DNA of 64,000 bases, from positions 2,776 through 66,775 of the forward strand of contig ONDB01000055.1 of assembly GCA_900316485.1 (NCBI GenBank), read 5' to 3'. The notes under the pieces are model-generated. The model ran no database searches. It had not been told where the DNA came from and saw nothing but the letters and a program-made list of their open reading frames with translations. This document shows positions 56,681 to 64,000 of this stretch, piece by piece (position 1 is the first letter of the stretch; every line of letters starts with the position of its first letter). The translations under genes and the position numbers were made by a program. This DNA is from an uncultured Eubacteriales bacterium. Lineage in GTDB: Bacteria; Bacillota; Clostridia; Oscillospirales; Acutalibacteraceae.

Positions 56681-58561
56681 TTACAGTTTTTTCAGCATCA
56701 GGCATCTGATTGAATTTAGTACAGCTATAACCATAACACCTACATCCGCAAAAATTGCTATCCACATATTCGCAAAGCCAAGGGCACCGAGTATCAGACA
56801 TAACAGCTTTACGCCTATAGAAAACCATATATTTTCATTTACTATTTTGAGACATTTCTTTGATATTTTTATTGCCTTGGATATCTTCCTGGGATCATCA
56901 TCCATTAACACTATATCTGATGCTTCAATTGCTGCGTCAGAACCCATCGCTCCCATAGCTATGCCAATATCTGCAATTGACAAAACAGGCGCATCGTTTA
57001 CTCCGTCTCCTACAAATACAAGCGATTCTCCCTTATTTTTTGAATACAGCAATTCTTCCGTTTTTTCTACTTTATCAGACGGTAAAAGCTCACTGTATAC
57101 CTTATCAATCGAAAGCTTCCCTGCAACCGCAGCCGCAGCAGAAGCATTATCTCCGGTAAGCATTACCGTCTTTCTTATACCACAGGATGAAAGCTGTTTT
57201 ATTGCGCTTTCTGAACCGTCTTTAATCATATCACTTATAATTATATAGCCTCTGTATCGCCCATCAACAGCAAAATATATTACAGTGCCATGGGAATCTG
57301 ACGGGGCAGCAGTTATTCCTTCGCTTTGCATAAGTTTATAATTACCGGCAAGTACATGTTTACCATTAACCATTGTTTTTATTCCTTTACCGGCAATTTC
57401 TTCAGTGCTCTGAGGCTCAAAAATCTCAAGATCTGCTGCTGCTTTCTTAATTGATAAGGCTATGGGGTGGTTTGAATACTTTTCTGCAGATGCGGCATAT
57501 TTCAGAAGCTCTTCCTTGTCTATATTTTCAGCTTTTATTTCTGTGACCTCAAAAACCCCTTTTGTCAGTGTTCCGGTTTTATCAAATACTACAATACCTG
57601 CTTTGGACAGCATTTCAAGATAATTTGAACCCTTGATCAATATCCCCTCTCTGCTTGCTCCTCCAATTCCTGCAAAGAAACTGAGGGGTATACTTATTAC
57701 AAGAGCACAGGGACAGCTAATTACAAGGAATGTAAGTGCTCTGTAGATCCAGTCATGCCAATGAGCCGGACGAGAAAGCATAATCAAATTTATAAGCGGA
57801 GGTATTATTGCCAGAGCAAGTGCGCTGAAAACTACGACCGGAGTATATACCCTTGCAAATTTTGTTATAAAATTTTCAGATCTGGATTTCCTTGAGCTGG
57901 CGTTTTCTACAAGCTCCAGAATCTTTGATACAGTGGAATCATCAAATTCCTTTGTAGTTTTTACCCTTATTAATCCGCTCTGATTGATACATCCGCTGAG
58001 AACCTCATCTCCAGGATTTACTTTTCTTGGAATACTTTCGCCAGTAAGTGCTGATGTATCAAGAACAGTGCTGCCTTCTGTAATAACGCCGTCTATGGGT
58101 ATCTTTTCTCCCGGACATACAGTTATTATTGTTCCTATTTCAACTTCATCCGGATCTATGCTTACAATTTCTCCGTTTTCTTCAATATTTGCGTGATCCG
58201 GCCTGATATCCATAAGCTCAGATATATTTCTGCGGCTCTTTCCCACAGCATAGCTTTGGAACCATTCGCCAACCTGATAAAAAAGCATTACTGCAATTGC
58301 TTCTATGTAATCTCCGTCTGTAGTTACTGCTATTACCATTGCACCTATTGTTGCAATGGACATCAGAAAACATTCATCAAATGGCTGAAGATTAATTATT
58401 CCTTTTCCAGCTTTTATGAGAATATCATAGCCAATAATCAGATAAGGAACCAGAAAAAGTATAAATCTTAATATTCCCTGAACAGGTATAAACATCAAAG
58501 AAATCATAAGAACCGATGATATGATTATCCTTATCAGGTTTTTCTTTTGTTTCTTTGTCAT
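56681..58561 (-). CDS. heavy-metal P1B-type ATPase lacking an N-terminal metal-binding domain (Zn/Cd/Co-type features)
   Basis: CPC (ISCPCAL), DKTGTLT and GDGVNDAP motifs. TM motifs N-x7-K (NIWFSIGVK) and ADVG resemble the CadA/ZntA class rather than CopA. Start at MTKKQKK (ATG 58559-58561, GAGGTG SD). Confidence 0.88.
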   Translation of the reverse strand: MTKKQKKNLIRIIISSVLMISLMFIPVQGILRFILFLVPYLIIGYDILIKAGKGIINLQPFDECFLMSIATIGAMVIAVTTDGDYIEAIAVMLFYQVGEWFQSYAVGKSRRNISELMDIRPDHANIEENGEIVSIDPDEVEIGTIITVCPGEKIPIDGVITEGSTVLDTSALTGESIPRKVNPGDEVLSGCINQSGLIRVKTTKEFDDSTVSKILELVENASSRKSRSENFITKFARVYTPVVVFSALALAIIPPLINLIMLSRPAHWHDWIYRALTFLVISCPCALVISIPLSFFAGIGGASREGILIKGSNYLEMLSKAGIVVFDKTGTLTKGVFEVTEIKAENIDKEELLKYAASAEKYSNHPIALSIKKAAADLEIFEPQSTEEIAGKGIKTMVNGKHVLAGNYKLMQSEGITAAPSDSHGTVIYFAVDGRYRGYIIISDMIKDGSESAIKQLSSCGIRKTVMLTGDNASAAAAVAGKLSIDKVYSELLPSDKVEKTEELLYSKNKGESLVFVGDGVNDAPVLSIADIGIAMGAMGSDAAIEASDIVLMDDDPRKISKAIKISKKCLKIVNENIWFSIGVKLLCLILGALGFANMWIAIFADVGVMVIAVLNSIRCLMLKKL

Positions 58562-58573
58562 ATCAAACACCTC

Positions 58574-58596
58574 AATTAAATAGTTGTTTAATCGTT
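58574..58596. promoter_or_regulatory. operator-like motif, copy 2 (upstream of the ATPase gene)
   Basis: aattaaatagttgtttaatcgtt shares about 19 of 26 aligned positions with the dyad at 58888-58907, including ttaatcgtt. Confidence 0.3.
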
Positions 58597-58609
58597 TGAT
58601 TATTTTTTT

Positions 58610-58628
58610 GCGCTCCTTTGCGGAGCGC
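58610..58628. other. GC-rich hairpin in the HMA-ATPase intergenic spacer
   Basis: gcgctcc-tttgc-ggagcgc, a 7-bp all-Watson-Crick stem. The T-run lies on its plus-strand 5' side, so it is not a canonical terminator for the minus-strand operon. Confidence 0.6.
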
Positions 58629-58632
58629 ATTA

Positions 58633-58854
58633 TTATTTATAATATATTTCGCAGTCTGGTTCAATTTTCCTACAAGCCTTGAATACGTTATCCATTACCG
58701 TTTCCGGGTGTGTACCTTCATCAAATTCCACTTTCATTTTAAGAGTCATAAAATTAACGTTAGCATCCTTAACTCCCTCAATCTTCTTTGCGGCAGTTTC
58801 CATCTTTGATGCACAATTAGCACAGTCAACCTCTATTTTATACGTCTTTTTCAT
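58633..58854 (-). CDS. stand-alone heavy-metal-associated (HMA) domain protein
   Basis: 73 aa with the metal-binding motif DCANCA in the first loop of a ferredoxin-like fold. Confidence 0.85.
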   Translation of the reverse strand: MKKTYKIEVDCANCASKMETAAKKIEGVKDANVNFMTLKMKVEFDEGTHPETVMDNVFKACRKIEPDCEIYYK

Positions 58855-58887
58855 AATGACACCTCTTTCTTTTGATATATAAGATAT

Positions 58888-58907
58888 GATTAAACAATTG
58901 CTTAATC
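58888..58907. promoter_or_regulatory. operator-like 20-bp dyad just downstream of the -10
   Basis: gattaaacaattgcttaatc is a near-perfect inverted repeat (one mismatched pair) centred on caattg. It lies between the -10 and the HMA gene SD. Confidence 0.4.
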
Positions 58908-58916
58908 GTTAATAAT

Positions 58917-58945
58917 AATATACCACCAAATTATCAGAATGTCAA
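58917..58945 (-). promoter_or_regulatory. sigma-A-type promoter of the metal-efflux operon
   Basis: Minus strand TTGACA (58940-58945), a 17-nt spacer ending in TGG, then TATATT (58917-58922). Confidence 0.6.
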
Positions 58946-59060
58946 GCCCGAATTACAGGCGAGCCGCAGGTGCCATAACGCGATGGCATCGCTTCACTAC
59001 GTTACGCTCTTAATATGCCCGACTGTCTGGCTGCCCGCGGTGCTGCTGTTACAGCTTGTT
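58940..59060. repeat. GC-rich non-coding repeat element, copy B
   Basis: Aligns with 34935-35060 in the same orientation. It starts about 18 nt after the stop of the gerBC fusion gene and ends in the -35 box. Confidence 0.7.
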
Positions 59061-59077
59061 TATCTGTCTGCAATAAA

Positions 59078-61141
59078 TTATTTCTGATTATCAGACGCTG
59101 TTTTTACTTGCATTGTTATTTTGCTGTTTAAAAGCATTTTTTCCCACTCTGAATCATCTGGTTTTCTGTTTTTAACCTCATTCTGTTTCTCTGATATTCC
59201 TATTAAATCACTTTTGTGATCGTGTATAGTTTTTTTAAGGCTTTCGTAAATTAGATTTTTTATTTTATTTTCTTCTGCAGGACAGATTCCTACCGGAAGT
59301 GTTACCGCTGCTTTAATACAGAGCTTTCCGTTGACTGTCTCCGTGTCAAGCTCAGCATAGGCTTCTTTTGCAGATGCTGATTCCGATAAGATCAGATTTG
59401 TTTTATTTTGCATCAGAAGAATCGCTGAAGTTTCTTGCTGAGTAAGTTTAAATACTTCTTTTTTCTTTAACTTGACAACAATTCCTCCTGTACTTGTTAA
59501 TTTATTAATTTCCTTATCAAGTTTTATCAGCGGAAGGAAAATATCTGTATTGCCCTTGTTTTTTCCGGTTCTGTAATCGAAAAGAGTAAAATGCGGAACA
59601 GGCTGGTCTGATGCATTACTGCCGCTTATGACATTGATATCCTCACTGTGATAATTAAGCTTTTTGGTGGCTGTTATAATCGTTTCCCTTGCTTTCGACT
59701 CCGATGCCATTATATTGACAGTCTTGATTATTTCCCGGTTCTTTGCAAAATAATCCATTATGTCAGAGGTATAAGCTGCTGCTTCCTGATTCAGCAGTAT
59801 GAATAAGCATTGACTAAGCATTATTTTTTTCCCGGTTATATATTCAGAATTTTTTATGGCAGCAGCGATATCCTTTCCCTGAAAGCATTCTGTTTTCAAT
59901 GTCTTTTCGCTTTTTTCTGCTTCTGTATCAAGTGTTATCAGTGTCATCATAAAACCACTGTCACTCTTATCTATACCTATTCCCTGAACAATAAGACGCT
60001 GATTTAGCTGTGGTGATGAGCAGCCAGCAAAGCTATTAACAGAGATAATAGCTGCAAGCACCAGTGATGCTGTTTTAATGGTTTTATTTAAAATGACAGG
60101 CTTTCTTTTTATGCTGCGAAAAATAATAACAACTGACGGAATTATCACCGCATTAATAATTATTACTGCTGACATAATATATTTATTGAAAAAGCTTTGT
60201 ATTAAAGCATTATTATCTTTAATAATAAAAAAAGATACCGCAATCAATAAAACTGTGACCGGAAACAAAGCCTTGTTTATTTTGTTCTTTTCACGCTGCT
60301 GGTCAATGCTGTTTTTTATAATTATCAAAAATGATGAATAAAGACAGACAAAGGATACAATAGCCAATGCAATAAATAATGGTTTAAGACGTTGAAAGCT
60401 CCCGACACCGTCGATGATGCGGAAAAAAGGATAATTCAGTCCTGTAATATAATCTCCCACTGAACCACATATCAATATCAGCATAAATACAAGCGCAATA
60501 CTTTCAAAACTCAGCCAGATAAAAGAAGTACGTCTGAATTTATTTACAGACTGACCTGAAAAAAACAACAGCAGGATCCAATGTGTACTTTCAGAGAAAA
60601 TAATCGTTATCAGGTCTAAACTGCTTTCCTTCGGATACTCTCCCGCAGGCATCAGTTCCTCAGCTTTAAACGAAGGAAAAAGTGCAAATGATGTGATTAT
60701 CAGCCCGATAATAATCAATGAAAAGTCAATGGATGAAAATCTTGCAATTGCTTCTATTCCTTTTATTGACCCATACAATGCAGCAATAAATATTGGCAGA
60801 ACAAGTATTATTTCACTTGTATCATCAGATGATACGGAACGACAGAACATATATGCACGCACAATATACATAATTGCAAAATATACAGATGAAATAATTA
60901 ATACTGCTGAAGCTACGGGACTGTCTGTAATCCGGAAATCTGTTTTCAGTAAAAACTTACGAAATCCTGATACAAATGACAGTAATACAAAGCCTATAAT
61001 TATATTAATTATAAGTGCAGAAATAAGTTCAGACGGCTCTGCAAAGAATGCTGGGTACATTATCAAACTTGAAATTCTGACAGTAAACAATAAGATAAAA
61101 AGCTGTACAGAACTAATATTCTGCTTTCCGGTACTTTCCAT
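59078..61141 (-). CDS. fused spore germinant receptor B (permease-like) and C (lipoprotein) subunits
   Basis: Residues 1-343 are a polytopic GerAB/GerKB-like membrane domain (SSVQLFILLFT...). From about residue 345 there is a complete lipoprotein-type signal (KRKPVILNKTIKTASLVLAAIISVNSFAGC) followed by Ger(x)C-like sequence (QRLIVQGIGIDK). Confidence 0.8.
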   Translation of the reverse strand: MESTGKQNISSVQLFILLFTVRISSLIMYPAFFAEPSELISALIINIIIGFVLLSFVSGFRKFLLKTDFRITDSPVASAVLIISSVYFAIMYIVRAYMFCRSVSSDDTSEIILVLPIFIAALYGSIKGIEAIARFSSIDFSLIIIGLIITSFALFPSFKAEELMPAGEYPKESSLDLITIIFSESTHWILLLFFSGQSVNKFRRTSFIWLSFESIALVFMLILICGSVGDYITGLNYPFFRIIDGVGSFQRLKPLFIALAIVSFVCLYSSFLIIIKNSIDQQREKNKINKALFPVTVLLIAVSFFIIKDNNALIQSFFNKYIMSAVIIINAVIIPSVVIIFRSIKRKPVILNKTIKTASLVLAAIISVNSFAGCSSPQLNQRLIVQGIGIDKSDSGFMMTLITLDTEAEKSEKTLKTECFQGKDIAAAIKNSEYITGKKIMLSQCLFILLNQEAAAYTSDIMDYFAKNREIIKTVNIMASESKARETIITATKKLNYHSEDINVISGSNASDQPVPHFTLFDYRTGKNKGNTDIFLPLIKLDKEINKLTSTGGIVVKLKKKEVFKLTQQETSAILLMQNKTNLILSESASAKEAYAELDTETVNGKLCIKAAVTLPVGICPAEENKIKNLIYESLKKTIHDHKSDLIGISEKQNEVKNRKPDDSEWEKMLLNSKITMQVKTASDNQK

Positions 61142-61192
61142 TTGTTTTCTCCTTTCGTCAGATATATTCTTTCTATAGCTTCAAAACAGGTT

Positions 61193-62710
61193 TTATTGTT
61201 CTGCTCCTGGCATATCCTGTATTTTTTCGTTCTTTTGGGACAGCGTTTTCCAGCCTGCTCGTATGAATACATCCCTCAGCATTGATGCACCTGGAGGCGT
61301 TATTGGTGCTGTATATGGTATTCCAAAGCTAGTTTTTGCACATACATTTATGAACACAACACAAAATACTGCGGCTATCCCCCAAATACCTGTTATTCCC
61401 CCGGCAACAGTAAAAATGATACGAAGTATTGCTGCTGGTGCATACAGATTAGGTATTATATATGAACATATCGCCGATACAGCAACCACCATCAGCGTGG
61501 GGGCGCCGATAAGGCCTGCATTTATTGCTGCATCTCCTATAACCAGACCTCCCACTATACTTACAGCATAGCCCAGCGGCTGAGGCATACGAAGTCCTGA
61601 TTCACGCATAATCTCATAAACAAGTAAAATCAGTATTGTTTCCGCCATTAGTGAAAGGGGTGTTCCGGCAATTGATACAGCTATTTTATTCAGAGTCAGA
61701 GTCGGGAACATTTCCGGATCAAAGGTACCCAGCGAAGTATATATTCCGGGCAGAAGTATAGAAATGAAAAACGCTGCAAATTTAATCAGTCTTGTAAATA
61801 CTGCAAAATAAGGACGGTTTGAATAATCATCAAGTGTCTGAAAGTATTCCGCAAAGAGATATGGAACTATCAATGCAGAAGGAACTCCGTCAATCAATAT
61901 TCCTATTCTTCCCTCAGTTATCTTTCCGCATAGTGTATCCGGACGCTCAGTTATTCCTACACTGCGAAATGGTGAAGCTGTTCCCTTATCTTCAAGATAA
62001 GGAACAATATAACCTGCTGCCAGAATTGTATCAAGATCTATTTTTCTAATACGCTTTTTTAATTCATCAAGAATACACGGCGATACTGTGTTTTCAAGAT
62101 AGCATATACATAACTCTGTTGAGGATATTTCTCCGGCAGTAAGAATCTCAAATTTAAGCTCTGTGTTTTTTATCCTTCTTCTGATAAGTGTAATATTTGT
62201 TCTTAATGCTTCAACAAAGCCTTCCTTTGATCCTCTTTGTATTATATCTGATTCTGGCTCAGAGATACCTCTTGTCCTGTAGCCCTGTATTCCGATACTA
62301 AGCATTTTGCTGCAGCCATCTACTGCAATGACTGCAAAGCCGGACATGATAAATTTATACAGTTCTTCAAATGTAGTTATCTCAGTAATATCGTCTGTAT
62401 AGAGGAGCTTATACTCTATATCTTCAAGGCATTTTTCAGGCGAACCAAAAAATCTGTGTGAATAGACAGGTCTTAATATCCCCTGGGCAAGTATTTCCTT
62501 ATTTATCATATTATCTATGGATATTACTGCTGCCCTGGCTCCCTTCAGTATCATTTCATGAACTGTCAGATCATCTGCACTTGAAAATGAGTTTTTAATA
62601 TATGCAATGTTATCATTAAGGGATGTAAAGAAATATGTCTTTGTTTCAGGCTTTTCCTGTTTTTCTTTACGCCTGAACATATCTGTTATCTGCTCAATTG
62701 TTTCATACAT
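61193..62710 (-). CDS. spore germinant receptor A subunit (GerA/GerKA family)
   Basis: 505 aa with typical GerA-family soluble N-domain and C-terminal TM bundle. First gene of the operon. Confidence 0.88.
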   Translation of the reverse strand: MYETIEQITDMFRRKEKQEKPETKTYFFTSLNDNIAYIKNSFSSADDLTVHEMILKGARAAVISIDNMINKEILAQGILRPVYSHRFFGSPEKCLEDIEYKLLYTDDITEITTFEELYKFIMSGFAVIAVDGCSKMLSIGIQGYRTRGISEPESDIIQRGSKEGFVEALRTNITLIRRRIKNTELKFEILTAGEISSTELCICYLENTVSPCILDELKKRIRKIDLDTILAAGYIVPYLEDKGTASPFRSVGITERPDTLCGKITEGRIGILIDGVPSALIVPYLFAEYFQTLDDYSNRPYFAVFTRLIKFAAFFISILLPGIYTSLGTFDPEMFPTLTLNKIAVSIAGTPLSLMAETILILLVYEIMRESGLRMPQPLGYAVSIVGGLVIGDAAINAGLIGAPTLMVVAVSAICSYIIPNLYAPAAILRIIFTVAGGITGIWGIAAVFCVVFINVCAKTSFGIPYTAPITPPGASMLRDVFIRAGWKTLSQKNEKIQDMPGAEQ

Positions 62711-62837
62711 TTTACCACCGTCTTATCTCTTGTATAATACCGCAGTTATTATCTGCATGATAATTATTTTTATTCTGAATAATTGTACATCATCTGATAA
62801 AAATATAAACAGATAATTATATGAGAGGGCTGAGAAA

Positions 62838-63512
62838 ATGATAATAACTGTTATAAGAACTGTATTACTATATATAATAATAATTTTTGCCGTCAGGATA
62901 ATGGGCAAACGACAGATAAGTGAACTGCAGCCCAGCGAGCTTGTAGTAACACTGCTGATTTCTGATCTTGCGTCCATACCAATGCAGAATACAGAACAAA
63001 CCATGCTAAGCGGTATTATCCCTATTTTTGTTCTTTTGATCTGCGAGATATTTGTTTCGCTGATAATGCTTAAAAACGATAAATTCCGCAGAATGATCTG
63101 CGGAAAGCCAGTTATTGTTATCAATGACGGAAAAATAGACCAAAAGGCAATGTCTGAACTTAGAATGAGTACAGAAGATCTTTTTGAAGAACTTCGTCAG
63201 AAGGATGTTTTCAAATTAGAGGATGTTGCCTATGCAATTATTGAAACTAACGGAAAAATGAGCATATTGAAAAAACCATCAAGTGATACCGTAACAGCAG
63301 CACAGCTTGGAGTACAGACAAGGGATAACGGTATGCAGGCAGTTATTATAAGTGACGGTAACATTGCAGATTCATCAATGCAGTTCTGTGAACTGAGCAG
63401 GCAATGGCTTAAGCAGACACTGATAAGAGAGCATGTACAGCTGAAGGATATATTTATCATGACCGCAAACCGGGGAAAGAAATACAATATTATCAAAAAG
63501 GCGGATATATAA
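62838..63512 (+). CDS. DUF421 (YetF-family) membrane protein
   Basis: N-terminal TM pair with GKRQISELQPSELVVTLLI and a C-terminal YetF-like soluble domain. Confidence 0.8.
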   Translation: MIITVIRTVLLYIIIIFAVRIMGKRQISELQPSELVVTLLISDLASIPMQNTEQTMLSGIIPIFVLLICEIFVSLIMLKNDKFRRMICGKPVIVINDGKIDQKAMSELRMSTEDLFEELRQKDVFKLEDVAYAIIETNGKMSILKKPSSDTVTAAQLGVQTRDNGMQAVIISDGNIADSSMQFCELSRQWLKQTLIREHVQLKDIFIMTANRGKKYNIIKKADI

Positions 63513-63513
63513 T

Positions 63514-63894
63514 ATGAAAAGAACAGTAATATCTGTGATAACTCTTATCATTACAATTGCTGTTGCAACAGCAGGATTCATCATCAACAACAACACTACA
63601 TCAATGATCACCGATAGTCTTGATGAAGCTATTGAAATTTGCAGTAAAGGTGATACTGAAAAAGCAGATGAGCTTATAGGCTCGGTTATTGACAGCTGGA
63701 GCGATATGAGCAAAACAATAATGATCTTTTCATCTCATGATAAGGCGGATGAAGTGGATATGTCATTGCGAATTGCTCAGTCATATGCTCAAAGCGGTGA
63801 TTCAAAGCTGTTTATTGCAGAATGCCGCAAGGCAAAGCTATTACTTAACCAGATAAACGAACTAGAATATCCGAGACTTCATAACGTACTGTAA
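63514..63894 (+). CDS. DUF4363-like small membrane-anchored protein
   Basis: One N-terminal TM plus a helical domain. Its start is 1 nt after the DUF421 stop, a pairing I recall as common in Clostridia. Confidence 0.55.
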   Translation: MKRTVISVITLIITIAVATAGFIINNNTTSMITDSLDEAIEICSKGDTEKADELIGSVIDSWSDMSKTIMIFSSHDKADEVDMSLRIAQSYAQSGDSKLFIAECRKAKLLLNQINELEYPRLHNVL

Positions 63895-63901
63895 GCAATA
63901 T

Positions 63902-63953
63902 AATTCGCCGTCTGCGTATAACCATTAGGTACCCCGCAGACGGCGAATTTATT
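63902..63953. terminator. intrinsic terminator (possibly bidirectional)
   Basis: 15-bp stem aattcgccgtctgcg / cgcagacggcgaatt followed by a T-rich tail. Confidence 0.8.
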
Positions 63954-64000
63954 ATTGTATTGAGACGATCATTTTACACATTATCAGCTCTTTGCTTTTT

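Noticed and set aside
56655-57248. 197-aa plus-strand ORF antisense to the P-type ATPase
   Set aside because: TTG start without an SD, a Ser/Ile/Phe/Pro-rich low-complexity product, and complete overlap with a well-supported gene.
62723-63124. 133-aa minus-strand ORF across the gerA / DUF421 divergent promoter region
   Set aside because: It overlaps the N-terminal TM region of the well-supported DUF421 gene in antisense. The product is Ile-rich junk.
63954-64000. Possible 3' end of a minus-strand gene at the window edge
   Set aside because: Only about 8 codons are visible before a stop, so the frame cannot be chosen and the gene cannot be supported.
1-64000. rRNA, tRNA, CRISPR arrays, transposases, integrases, phage or known defence genes
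   Set aside because: I read the intergenic regions on both strands and all ORFs above 60 aa. None showed the corresponding signatures.

Overview
This is a 64-kb stretch from a low-GC, spore-forming Firmicute with Clostridia-type gene content and order. A CBM26-like starch-binding lipoprotein hints at a Ruminococcaceae/Oscillospiraceae-like gut anaerobe, but that is inference only. I support about 65 protein genes, most on the minus strand, and nearly all are core functions. They fall into blocks syntenic with Bacillus/Clostridium: (1) ylmE-sepF-divIVA-ileS-lspA-rluD; (2) miaA, nucleoside phosphorylase, corA, dnaE; (3) a 10-gene thiamine cluster (thiS-thiF-rhodanese-thiG-thiH-tenI-like-thiE-GNAT, then thiD-thiC) behind one clear TPP riboswitch; (4) hisH-hisF; (5) hpf; (6) spoVB-mazG-hup-yabO-yabP-yabQ-divIC-yabR; (7) recJ-relA-dtd-MBL-hemZ; (8) a metal-efflux pair (HMA protein plus P1B ATPase); (9) a gerA-type germinant receptor operon next to DUF421/DUF4363. 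I saw no rRNA, tRNA, CRISPR array, transposase, integrase, or recognisable phage or defence gene, and I cannot point to a complete novel multi-gene system here. The signals I rate highest are these. (a) Two copies of a GC-rich ~125-nt non-coding element (34935-35060 and 58940-59060). Each ends exactly in the TTGACA -35 box of a downstream operon promoter, and both keep a closing helix and an internal hairpin. (b) A corA leader with a promoter and a Shine-Dalgarno-led 26-codon sORF that reads through a terminator-like hairpin. (c) A duplicated operator-like dyad in the regulator-less metal operon. (d) An in-frame GerB-GerC fusion that keeps an internal lipoprotein signal peptide. (e) A divergent UDG-fold protein. 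(f) Non-canonical passengers (GNAT, stand-alone rhodanese) inside the thi operon. All functional calls come from motifs I recognise in the translations; no database search was run.
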